From Candidatus Cloacimonadota bacterium (GTDB taxonomy: Bacteria; Cloacimonadota; Cloacimonadia; G963667145): a stretch of DNA of 64,000 bases. The notes under the pieces were generated by a model that saw nothing but the letters and a program-made list of their open reading frames with translations, was not told the origin of the DNA and did not search any database. Positions 17,434 through 26,277 of the stretch are shown in pieces. A program made the position numbers and the translations under genes. The stretch spans positions 1,216,001 through 1,280,000 of the forward strand of contig OY762940.1 in assembly GCA_963667255.1 (NCBI GenBank). Direction: 5' to 3'. The number at the start of each line of letters is the position of its first letter. Position 1 is the first letter of the stretch.

Positions 17434-18439
17434 CAGAAACTCTCCTTTTCATTTTTTCAAATAAATCCATATTTATGTCCAAATAGCGTTTCGCATTATA
17501 CTCCACATATTCGCAACTAACACCGTCACGGGAAATATCCACAAAATTTTCTTTTGGCAATCGGGGATTGTTGTCAACCGATTTATTTACCGGATAAAGA
17601 TTTAATTCGCTCGTTATTATTTTTTGAACTCTCTCCGAAAGAAGCAAATCAATAAATTTTTGGGCAATCTCTTTATTTGGGGAATTTTTGTATATTCCCA
17701 TACCGAAAACTTCTCTAATGCCCAAATCTTTTAACAAAATTGGCTTTAGTTTCGGATTGTAAAACGAATAACTGACACCCCCTATCCAAAGTCCGGCTTC
17801 TCTTGCCAAAACCATTCTGTGAGCGAACGACGGACTGGGAGCAATTTCGCGGATTTTATTTTGCATACTGTGCCAAAATTGCCTATGACCGCTCTGTGTG
17901 AACCGAGCGAGAGTTTTGATATAAAATCCCCTGCTGTATGCAAAATTTTCGGGATTGCACAAGATGAGTTGGTTGTTGCAAAAATCTTCTTGAAGATTTC
18001 CGAGAGTCCGAGGAACGCTTTTAATCTGTGTCGTGTCAGCCAAAATGCAAACATAATCGTAAAACAAGGGCGTGAAGTGATGAGAATTGTTAAAATCCAA
18101 ATCTTTCATACTATTGGTTTCTTCGGATTTATACACATTAAATTTATTGCTCTTAATAGCTTCTTTCAGGAACGGGTTGTTTATCCCTATTGCCACATCA
18201 AAATCCTCAGAAGAGGTGATGAGGTCGTTTATGCCTTCAAAATAGTAAAATGCCGGCTTGTATTTCAAAGAGTTTTCAACTATCTCGGTTATGGAATTTG
18301 GAAACCATTCACCAATGATGTTTTTAACGATGGCGATTCTCAATATGGGCAAGTTTTCTTGTTTTTGAACGCCTTTATTTGTTTTGGAGTTGCAACCAAA
18401 AACTATGATAAAAAGAAGTGGAAATAAAATTTTTCTCAA
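17426..18439 (-). CDS. ABC transporter substrate-binding lipoprotein (ThiB/thiamine-like)
   Basis: TTG at 18439 with a GGAGG SD gives a signal peptide with lipobox (IVFGC); DVAIGI, AQKFIDLLLSERVQK, YPVN. Confidence 0.7.
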   Translation of the reverse strand: MRKILFPLLFIIVFGCNSKTNKGVQKQENLPILRIAIVKNIIGEWFPNSITEIVENSLKYKPAFYYFEGINDLITSSEDFDVAIGINNPFLKEAIKSNKFNVYKSEETNSMKDLDFNNSHHFTPLFYDYVCILADTTQIKSVPRTLGNLQEDFCNNQLILCNPENFAYSRGFYIKTLARFTQSGHRQFWHSMQNKIREIAPSPSFAHRMVLAREAGLWIGGVSYSFYNPKLKPILLKDLGIREVFGMGIYKNSPNKEIAQKFIDLLLSERVQKIITSELNLYPVNKSVDNNPRLPKENFVDISRDGVSCEYVEYNAKRYLDINMDLFEKMKRRVSDE

Positions 18440-18440
18440 T

Positions 18441-19193
18441 CTAACCTCCAAACATTGCCGAAGCAACGATAAAATCCATAATAAGAATGGCAATGCTGGA
18501 ATAGACCACGGTGGCAGTAGCGGCAATGCCCACTCCTTCTGCACCATTTTTTGTCCTGCTACCCACGAAGCAGCCCACACTGGTGATTGCCACACCAAAG
18601 AATAGGGATTTTATCAATCCGCCCCACAAATCAAAAGGCAAAAATTTGTCCCGCATACCGCCAAAAAAGATATAGAGGCTAATACCATGATTTAGATACG
18701 ACAAAAGAAAAGCGGAGATAATGCTAACAAAATTGGACAGAATGGTAAGAATGGGGAAAACTATGGCACCTGCGACTATCTTCGGCATATAGATGAAGTT
18801 TATGGGATTTATAGACATGCTGTGTAGAGCGTCCAATTGTTCGGAAATTTTCATTGAGCCTATTTCCGCTGCGACAGATGCTCCGACTTTTCCGCTCAAA
18901 ACCAATGCTATCAATACAGGTCCCAATTCGGTTAAGGTTGTTTTTTCTATGAAAATTCCTATCATACCTTTTGGAGCTAATCCTGCTGTCTGATAGATGG
19001 TTTGCACGGCGGTAACAAAGCCCATAAAAGCGGAAGTTACGACTATTAACAAAAACGAATCGTAGCCGATAGATTTCATCTGTTTCAGGATGTAGTATTT
19101 ACGAACGGGCAGGTATTTTAAAGATTTTATAAATTCAAAGAAAAAAAAAACGAACTCTCCAAAATTATAAAAAAGCAGATATATCTTTTTCAT
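18441..19193 (-). CDS. mlaE: MlaE-family lipid asymmetry ABC permease
   Basis: ELGPVLIALVLSGKVGASVAAEIGSMKISEQLDAL; GAEGVG.A.T..VV. Confidence 0.92.
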   Translation of the reverse strand: MKKIYLLFYNFGEFVFFFFEFIKSLKYLPVRKYYILKQMKSIGYDSFLLIVVTSAFMGFVTAVQTIYQTAGLAPKGMIGIFIEKTTLTELGPVLIALVLSGKVGASVAAEIGSMKISEQLDALHSMSINPINFIYMPKIVAGAIVFPILTILSNFVSIISAFLLSYLNHGISLYIFFGGMRDKFLPFDLWGGLIKSLFFGVAITSVGCFVGSRTKNGAEGVGIAATATVVYSSIAILIMDFIVASAMFGG

Positions 19194-19210
19194 TTTAGTC
19201 TAAAAACATA

Positions 19211-20629
19211 TTAATCAAAGTCTGGTTCAGACTCCAAATTCATTTCGTCAAAATCGGATAAAGAAGTAGGTTCTGCAAAATCTTCAAATTCGTTGTGTTG
19301 CTGGTCGAGAGTCAAAAATCTTGTTTTCTCGCCCTGGAATTTCAGCCTCGTAAATCCTACTGCTCCATGACGATTTTTTGCTACTATAATCTCGGCAGTC
19401 CCTGGATATTCACATTTCTCTTTGTTGTAGTAATCGTCACGATAGATAAAAATTACTTGGTCGGCATCTTGCTCTATAGAGCCAGACTCACGCAAATCGG
19501 AGAGGAACGGTCTTTTATTGTCTCTGCTCTCTACGCTACGGTTGAGTTGAGATAGAGCTATCACATTGATGTCCAAATCTTTAGCCATAATTTTCAGACC
19601 TCTGGAAATATCGGAAATTTGTTGATATCGTTGTTCGCGTGAATTTGAACTCATCAATTGCAGGTAGTCGATAATAACCATGTCTAAACCGCCAAGTTCT
19701 GCTTTTAGTCGCATAACCTTGGAGCGAATAGAACTCAAAGTGTTTGCTCCGGCATCGTCAATATACAAATGGGATTTTGATAATATCATAGCCGCTTGGG
19801 AGATGCCTCTGAGTTTTTCGGCGTTCATTCCTTTTCCTCTATTCATGCACTCCACATCAACATTGGCAGGACCGGAAAGCATCCGTATCAAAAGCTCTTC
19901 TCCTTCCATCTCCATACTAAAAATAGCAACTTTTCTGTCAGACATATTAGTTAAATTATGGGCAAAATTCAAAGCAAGTGAAGTTTTCCCCATCGCTGGT
20001 CTTGCAGCCAAAACCAAAAATTGTCCCTTGCTAAAACCGCCGATAAGTTTGTCGATATCAGGAAATCCTGTGCTCATACCCGAGAGTTGACTTTTGCTTA
20101 AAGATTTTTCGTTTATTGTCTGGACTACTCCACCCAAATAAGATTCAGCACTTCGGAGTCCGTCACCAATTTTATTGTCTGCAACCTTGAAAACCAAAGA
20201 CTCAGCTTTTTCCACAATCTCATCAACAGGCTCATCATCAGCGTAACATTTTTCTAAAATTGTGTTGGAGACATTTATCAGTTGTCGTAGCCTTGATTTT
20301 TGGAGAACGATTTTGGTGTGATATTTTAAATTGCCACCACTCATCACCACATCGGAGAGTTGATTTAGAAAAGCTAATCCACCAATTTTCTCTAAATTTG
20401 CCTTGCTTTTAAGTTTGTTGGCAATAGTGATTATGTCCACTTCCGTGTTCTCATCAAAGAGTTCTCTAATGGCATTAAAAATCAGACGATGAGAGTTCTT
20501 GTAAAAATCCCATTCTTGTAGTTTTTCGAGAGCAATGGCAACATTTTGATTGTTAATCATCATTGCCGAGAGGATGCCAGATTCGGCTTCCAAATTGTGC
20601 GGTAAGACCTTTAAAGAGTTTTCTTCCAT
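19211..20629 (-). CDS. dnaB: Replicative DNA helicase
   Basis: PHNLEAE, AARPAMGKT, FSMEM, IDYLQL, LSQLNR, SDLRESGSIEQDAD, KNRHG. Confidence 0.97.
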   Translation of the reverse strand: MEENSLKVLPHNLEAESGILSAMMINNQNVAIALEKLQEWDFYKNSHRLIFNAIRELFDENTEVDIITIANKLKSKANLEKIGGLAFLNQLSDVVMSGGNLKYHTKIVLQKSRLRQLINVSNTILEKCYADDEPVDEIVEKAESLVFKVADNKIGDGLRSAESYLGGVVQTINEKSLSKSQLSGMSTGFPDIDKLIGGFSKGQFLVLAARPAMGKTSLALNFAHNLTNMSDRKVAIFSMEMEGEELLIRMLSGPANVDVECMNRGKGMNAEKLRGISQAAMILSKSHLYIDDAGANTLSSIRSKVMRLKAELGGLDMVIIDYLQLMSSNSREQRYQQISDISRGLKIMAKDLDINVIALSQLNRSVESRDNKRPFLSDLRESGSIEQDADQVIFIYRDDYYNKEKCEYPGTAEIIVAKNRHGAVGFTRLKFQGEKTRFLTLDQQHNEFEDFAEPTSLSDFDEMNLESEPDFD

Positions 20630-20638
20630 AATCTCAAG

Positions 20639-21268
20639 TTATACAGTTTCTAAAAATTTTTGTAGGTTTTGCAAATCAATCCAAGCCAACTTTTTCCACT
20701 CATTTCGCCTCAAAAGAGCGGACGGATGATATGTAACAAAAGTGGGAATATTGCTGAAAGAGTGAACTTTTGTTCTCAAATCTTGCATTTTGTCGTCCAA
20801 CCCCAACAGAGAACTTGCAGGAACTTTTCCCAATAAGAGCAAAGCTTTCGGTTTAATTTGTTCTAATTGAGCATACAAATTTGGAATACATTTTTCGACC
20901 TCTTCCGGGAAAGGATTTCTATTTTCCGGAGGACGACATTTGACCACATTGGAAATAAAAACATCCTTTCTATCGATGTTTATTGCCTCCAACATTTTTG
21001 TAAGCAATTTACCGGACCTTCCCACAAAAGGCTTTCCCGAACGGTCTTCTTCTTCGCCAGGAGCTTCCCCAATTATAAACAAATCGGCATTAGGATTGCC
21101 CTCTCCAAACACAATATTCGTCCTTGTTTTAGCCAAAGAACACGCTTGGCAAGCACACTCCGCATTCTTGGATGGAGAAAAATGCCAATGATTGACCCCG
21201 GCGAGTTTCAGCTCTTCAAAATACTGCAAAAATTGTTTGTTAGGATTCAACAATTTCCTCTTCGGCAC
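20639..21268 (-). CDS. Uracil-DNA glycosylase family 4
   Basis: CxxC N-terminal cluster, GEAPGEEED, PFVGRSG, KCRPPENR, TYHPSALLR. Confidence 0.93.
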   Translation of the reverse strand: MPKRKLLNPNKQFLQYFEELKLAGVNHWHFSPSKNAECACQACSLAKTRTNIVFGEGNPNADLFIIGEAPGEEEDRSGKPFVGRSGKLLTKMLEAINIDRKDVFISNVVKCRPPENRNPFPEEVEKCIPNLYAQLEQIKPKALLLLGKVPASSLLGLDDKMQDLRTKVHSFSNIPTFVTYHPSALLRRNEWKKLAWIDLQNLQKFLETV

Positions 21269-21470
21269 TTTCTACATCATCGATAGAGTATTCTGGAATA
21301 TTATCGAAAGCTACATGTTCTATAGCTGTATGAGCAATTTTCTTCTTAAATTGTTCTCTAATCACAGAAGGTAATTTGCGTAATCTCTCAGCCTCTTTTT
21401 CTGCGGCTATCAAGAAAAGATAGTTCTTGTTAAGTCCTTCCAAAACTTGGCTTACTCTTTTATCAAACAT
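21240..21470 (-). CDS. rpoZ: Probable RNA polymerase omega subunit (divergent)
   Basis: Lies directly downstream of gmk (conserved gmk-rpoZ linkage); N.Y...IAA.KEA.RL...K....A+E+ pattern; 76 aa. Confidence 0.6.
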   Translation of the reverse strand: MFDKRVSQVLEGLNKNYLFLIAAEKEAERLRKLPSVIREQFKKKIAHTAIEHVAFDNIPEYSIDDVESAEEEIVES

Positions 21471-21487
21471 ATTAGGTATCTCCTACA

Positions 21488-22087
21488 TTATTCAAAATGA
21501 ACATCAATTAGATTAGAAATTTTATTCTCTTCGGCTTCGATAATTGAGTTAGTTAATCTCACCGCTTTTGACAGTTCATTATTGATAACCAAATAGTCAA
21601 ACTCTTTTATTCTTTTTAGTTCCGTCATCATACTTTGCTTGCGAACCAAGATATCTTGCGGGGAGTTCTGCCCTCTTTTTTTGATACGAGCAAGCAATTC
21701 ATCGACAGAAGAAGCCATAATAAAAATAGAAACAGAACTTAAATCTTTATGTTTTTTTATTTGCTCCGCCCCTTGCACATCTATGTCGAGCAAAATGTGC
21801 TTGCCGGCATCCAACCTATTTTGAACATACTTTTTTTCTGTCCCGTAATAATCGGAATGAACTTTGGCAAACTCCAAAAAGTCTTTGTTGGCAATTTTTT
21901 TCTCAAACTCCTCTTCAGAGATGAAAAAATAGTCAACACCATGCACTTCATCGGTGCGAGGCTTGCGAGTAGTAAAAGAGATAGAGAACTCCAAATCGTC
22001 GCGAACTTTGAGAAGTTCATGACAAATAGTACTCTTCCCTGCTCCCGACGGAGCGGCTAAAATAAAAAGAAGTTTTTTATTTTTCAT
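21488..22087 (-). CDS. gmk: Guanylate kinase
   Basis: APSGAGKST, SFTTRKPR..EVHGVDYFF, YYGT, LDIDVQGA; ATG 22087 overlaps the upstream stop. Confidence 0.96.
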   Translation of the reverse strand: MKNKKLLFILAAPSGAGKSTICHELLKVRDDLEFSISFTTRKPRTDEVHGVDYFFISEEEFEKKIANKDFLEFAKVHSDYYGTEKKYVQNRLDAGKHILLDIDVQGAEQIKKHKDLSSVSIFIMASSVDELLARIKKRGQNSPQDILVRKQSMMTELKRIKEFDYLVINNELSKAVRLTNSIIEAEENKISNLIDVHFE

Positions 22088-22467
22088 TCTTTTATCATCA
22101 AGCAATAGTCATCACTTTTGTAAAAAAAATCAAACTCGCTGGGGTCGTCCACTTTGTAACGAAGTAACCAGCCGTTTTCATACGGAGAGGAATTAATTAA
22201 CCCCGGTTCGTTGTCCAAATCTTCGTTTATCCTCTCAATGATCCCGCTAACAGGCGAAATAATTGGCTTTAATCCGTCCTTGGTGCCGATGTATCCGCAG
22301 ACCTCACCCTTTTCAAATTCATAGCCAATCTTAGGTAATTCCACAAAACCGATAATTCCGTATTTCTCTTGAATATATTCAGTTAAGCCTAAATAAACAA
22401 CATTATCTTCAAAAACTTTAAGCCAATGATGGTTCTCTGTATAAAAGAGATCCTCTCTGATTTCCAT
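22084..22467 (-). CDS. Glycine cleavage H-protein-like (divergent lipoyl motif)
   Basis: YTENHHWL, GLTEY.Q, SPVSG.I..IN..L...PGLINSSPYENGWL. Confidence 0.8.
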   Translation of the reverse strand: MEIREDLFYTENHHWLKVFEDNVVYLGLTEYIQEKYGIIGFVELPKIGYEFEKGEVCGYIGTKDGLKPIISPVSGIIERINEDLDNEPGLINSSPYENGWLLRYKVDDPSEFDFFYKSDDYCLMIKE

Positions 22468-22714
22468 AGGAAATCTCCTTCCCTACACGATGCAAACAAA
22501 ACACAAACAATTAAAATTTTATTTGAGTAAAAATTTTTCGACCTCTTGTTTTGTCAAATTTTAAATCTTTCTCTTTTTTACATATTTTTTAAGTGATTGA
22601 AGACAATGTAAATAAAAATTTAGCTTAAGAGAGAAACAAAATCCAAATCAGCAAAAATTTAAAATTTAGGCTTAGAATGCTTGACATTTTCGACGGCTGG
22701 ATTTTCCCGATGAT

Positions 22715-23326
22715 ATGAGTATTTTAATAAAATTATTGGGAATTCTCCTATTTATCCCACTACATGAGCTGGCACACGGATATACTGCGTATGTTTTGGG
22801 AGATGACACCGCAAAGAGAGCGGGAAGGCTTACGCTAAACCCAATCAAGCATATAAGCGTAGTTGGGGCAGTTTTGCTTTTTTATGCCGGATTTGGATGG
22901 GCAAAGCCCGTGCCAATCAATCCGATGAATTTCAAGAATGTAAAGCGAGATATGGCGATAACAGCTGCCGCCGGACCTCTGATGAATTTTTTCTTGGCTG
23001 TCTTGCTGGCTTTTGTTTTCAATAAACTTCGCTACATTCTTGTGGCAAACACATTTAACACTTACCTGCTAACTTTCATCTATATCGGTATTCAACTGAA
23101 TGTAGGTCTCGGGATTTTCAACTTGATTCCTCTGCCTCCGCTTGACGGGAGCAAAGTATTGGGAGGATTTTTGTCAGATTCCGCTTTCGCTCGATACACC
23201 CTCAACGAAGAAAAGGGGATAATTTTACTTTTGGTGATTTTTGGACTCGACTACTTGTTCGGCATCAACATCCTTCATTATGTGATTTATCCGCCGATTA
23301 GGCTGATAATGTCAGCGTTGATTTAA
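22715..23326 (+). CDS. Site-2 protease (M50 family)
   Basis: HELAHG, GRLTLNP, FGWAKPVP, AGPLMN, FNLIPLPPLDG. Confidence 0.93.
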   Translation: MSILIKLLGILLFIPLHELAHGYTAYVLGDDTAKRAGRLTLNPIKHISVVGAVLLFYAGFGWAKPVPINPMNFKNVKRDMAITAAAGPLMNFFLAVLLAFVFNKLRYILVANTFNTYLLTFIYIGIQLNVGLGIFNLIPLPPLDGSKVLGGFLSDSAFARYTLNEEKGIILLLVIFGLDYLFGINILHYVIYPPIRLIMSALI

Positions 23327-23327
23327 G

Positions 23328-26270
23328 CTATTTTATTTCCAAATACGCAGTCTCAATTTTTGCAAACCCATACATTTTTTCTAAAATGGCACGGTAAACT
23401 TCCAATTGATTTTCGTTGGTAATCTCGCCGGTTTTATACTCTACCACAAACGCATCCTTGTTGTCGTGAGAAACCATAAGCCTGTCTATCCTATGCTCTT
23501 TACCTTCAGCTATTATCGGCATTTCACAGAGGATATTCCCCCATTTTTGCTTGTCATACAACCAAGGATTTTTAGAAACTTGCTTATCTAAAACGAGCAA
23601 GTAATTTTTCCATTTCAAACCAAATTTTTTAAGAGTCATTTTGTGGGCTAATCTTTTCTCTTTTTCAGTGTTCCGCTTTATGAAGCTCAAATAGTAGTGA
23701 ATCATCTCCCCGAATAACAAATTTTCTCTATTGCTTTTTTGTGTAGTCTTTGTTTCGTAACTGATTGATAAATCTAAAGATTGCTCGTTCCACTTGTCCG
23801 ACGACTTTTTGGCTTCATTAGTCTTTTTTGCAATTTCGCATACACCTATTTTTGCACTAAAAACTTCATCTGTTTTTTCGACAATTTCACTATCAGCAAA
23901 GCCGCTCATCAACTCATAAGACAACCTTTCTAAGATATTCAAATCATCATCTCCACTTTTTCCCATATCAAAATTGGTAAAAATAAAGAGATTTTTTACC
24001 GCTCTCGTGAGAGCAACATAAACAAGATTCAATATTTCCAAATCATTTTTTTGTTTCACATTATAGACATCTTCGAGCAAATTTTTATAACTGTATGTCA
24101 AAATACTATCTTCAACTTCAGAGAAGTCTGAATTATAAAAGATATAATTTAACAGTTCGGGAGTATTATTTTTTCTATTTGAGCAATCCATAAAATAGAA
24201 AACGGTATCAAATTCCAGTCCTTTGCAAGAATGAATCGTAATCAAATTAATAGCATTTTTATTGACTTCATCCACTTTTTTTAGCTTGTCTTTGTTCTCA
24301 TCAAAATATTCTATAATTTGTGGAATATTGTTGTCGATTTCGCTCAATATTTTTGCCAAAGCCAAAATATTTTTTTGGTCGTTCCCGTCGGAGAAATAGT
24401 CTAAATAATTAAATTTCCTTATAAACTCGGAAAAAATATCAGTCGAGTTTTTTATTTTGTATTCATCTTGTAACTCTTTGTTTTCCAAAATATTTTTGAT
24501 TTTCGTTCCATCCAAGAATAAAGGTGCACCTTTCAAAAATTGATAGAGGGAGTATAAATCATCATAAGCTTGGAATTTCAAGAAATAGATAAATGGCTTG
24601 ATAGCTTTGTGCTCCAAAAGTGAGTCCGCTTGCTTTTGATAGGTTTCAACGCCATTGGCTTTCAGAGTTTCTGCAAAAAAAGACAATTCGTTATTTTTTC
24701 TCGCTATTATGGCACATTTTGACAAATCGATTTCGCTATTTTTGAGAACAGGAACTATGTTTTCGTTTACAAAAGAAGTGATTAAATCTTTCAGTTTTTC
24801 TTTTTTAGCTTCACTCTTTTTTATCTCAAAATTCACAAAACCTTCAGCCTTGAGAGAAGAATTTACCGCTTGATAATTCCACAAATCACCATAATTTTTG
24901 CTAAAAAGATTATTGACCGAATTTACAATATTGACACTACTCCTGTAGCTCGTGTTCAAAACCAAAGACTCACAATTTGGCAAGATGTCAGCCATTTTGT
25001 CCAAGAGTCTCTGCTCTCCGCCTCGCCAAGAATAGATAGCTTGTTTGGTGTCTCCCACGATAATTACAGAGCCATTTTTCTCTTTTATTGCGTTAATTAT
25101 CGGCAGTAAATTCAAATATTGACTGACCGAAGTGTCTTGAAATTCGTCTATCATCAGGACTTTAGGCAAAACATCAAGAAATTGCCAATATTCTTCTTTT
25201 AATTTGCCTGAGTTGGTTAAGAAATTTCCTTTGGAGAAATAGTCTTGCAAAATTCTCCCGAAATCAGCAAAAGTTAATCTTCCATCAATCTCTTCGGTGT
25301 AATAATTTTGGGCTTTTACCGCCAAATCCAAGAGTTGATTATGCTCGATATAAGCCTTGGTTTTTATTAGAAAGTTGCTAAAAATTTTTTGAAATTCCGA
25401 GTATGCCTCTTTAAATTTTTCCAAGGTCTCGAGATTATCACATTTAATTTTTTTCAAAAAAGGCGATTTCTTCCAAATATCGTTCCCAAAATTATTGAAA
25501 GCTTCCAAATAAAATTGCTCATCTTTAGTGATTTTGGAAAAGTCAACGGCAAAATCTTCGGAAAGGACTCTCAATCCTTTTTCTAAAAGAGTTCGAAAAG
25601 GCTTGAGAAACATTTTGTCTGCAGGAATTGGATTGTTGGGACTCACGGCTGAAGCAACAAATTGCAAATCGGATAAACCTTTTTTTAGCTTGTCCAACTC
25701 CTTTTCGTATTCTATATTCTTGCTTTGAAATTCTCGCAAATTTATAGAAAGCAATTCATTTACAAATTCCGAAAATTTGTCTAACTTCTTATCTTGTCTA
25801 TCGATAAAAAATTTGTGGGATTCTCTCAAAGCGAAAATTTTTTCCAATACCTCTTCTCTTTTTTGGGACGACAACGAAGAAGCAACGGAAAAAGAAGAGT
25901 CGCTTATCTCCTGCGATATTAGGCAATTAAAAAGAGATTGCAAATAGCTGTCGAGGGTGTAAACTTTGAGTTTGCTTTTGTCGAAGAGCAGATAGTCGCT
26001 AAAAGAGCTTAAATATGAAAAATCGTCCGCAGACAATTCTAAATTGCAGATATTCCTCAAGTTTTCTTGCAGATCTTTATCGTTCGGGCAATTTTTGAGG
26101 AAGTCAAGAATCCGCTGTTTTATCTCGCTCGTCGCTTTCACGGTGAATGTCATCACCAAAATATCTTCGGGCTTGAGGGCTCTATCTTGCAAAAGAGCCG
26201 CTAAAAATTCTAAGGCGAGACGATAGGTTTTGCCTGTGCCTGCAGAAGCGGAGATGACTTTGCTTTTCAT
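23328..26270 (-). CDS. UvrD/AddA(RecB)-type helicase with a C-terminal PD-(D/E)xK nuclease
   Basis: ASAGTGKT, TFT, IDEFQDTS, VGDTKQAIYSWRGG, YRSS, TIHSCKGLEF, YVALTRA; C-terminal RIDRL...VEYKTG...Q..Y. Confidence 0.88.
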   Translation of the reverse strand: MKSKVISASAGTGKTYRLALEFLAALLQDRALKPEDILVMTFTVKATSEIKQRILDFLKNCPNDKDLQENLRNICNLELSADDFSYLSSFSDYLLFDKSKLKVYTLDSYLQSLFNCLISQEISDSSFSVASSLSSQKREEVLEKIFALRESHKFFIDRQDKKLDKFSEFVNELLSINLREFQSKNIEYEKELDKLKKGLSDLQFVASAVSPNNPIPADKMFLKPFRTLLEKGLRVLSEDFAVDFSKITKDEQFYLEAFNNFGNDIWKKSPFLKKIKCDNLETLEKFKEAYSEFQKIFSNFLIKTKAYIEHNQLLDLAVKAQNYYTEEIDGRLTFADFGRILQDYFSKGNFLTNSGKLKEEYWQFLDVLPKVLMIDEFQDTSVSQYLNLLPIINAIKEKNGSVIIVGDTKQAIYSWRGGEQRLLDKMADILPNCESLVLNTSYRSSVNIVNSVNNLFSKNYGDLWNYQAVNSSLKAEGFVNFEIKKSEAKKEKLKDLITSFVNENIVPVLKNSEIDLSKCAIIARKNNELSFFAETLKANGVETYQKQADSLLEHKAIKPFIYFLKFQAYDDLYSLYQFLKGAPLFLDGTKIKNILENKELQDEYKIKNSTDIFSEFIRKFNYLDYFSDGNDQKNILALAKILSEIDNNIPQIIEYFDENKDKLKKVDEVNKNAINLITIHSCKGLEFDTVFYFMDCSNRKNNTPELLNYIFYNSDFSEVEDSILTYSYKNLLEDVYNVKQKNDLEILNLVYVALTRAVKNLFIFTNFDMGKSGDDDLNILERLSYELMSGFADSEIVEKTDEVFSAKIGVCEIAKKTNEAKKSSDKWNEQSLDLSISYETKTTQKSNRENLLFGEMIHYYLSFIKRNTEKEKRLAHKMTLKKFGLKWKNYLLVLDKQVSKNPWLYDKQKWGNILCEMPIIAEGKEHRIDRLMVSHDNKDAFVVEYKTGEITNENQLEVYRAILEKMYGFAKIETAYLEIK

Positions 26271-26277
26271 GCCAAAT

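Noticed and set aside
18440..18598. N-terminal extension of the substrate-binding protein
   Set aside because: It overlaps mlaE; TTG at 18439 has a GGAGG SD and gives a proper lipoprotein signal.
19141..19150. Long homopolymer in mlaE (similar runs near 5071 and 41255) as phase-variation tracts
   Set aside because: The frames are intact, and such runs are expected in AT-rich Phe/Lys codons of housekeeping genes.
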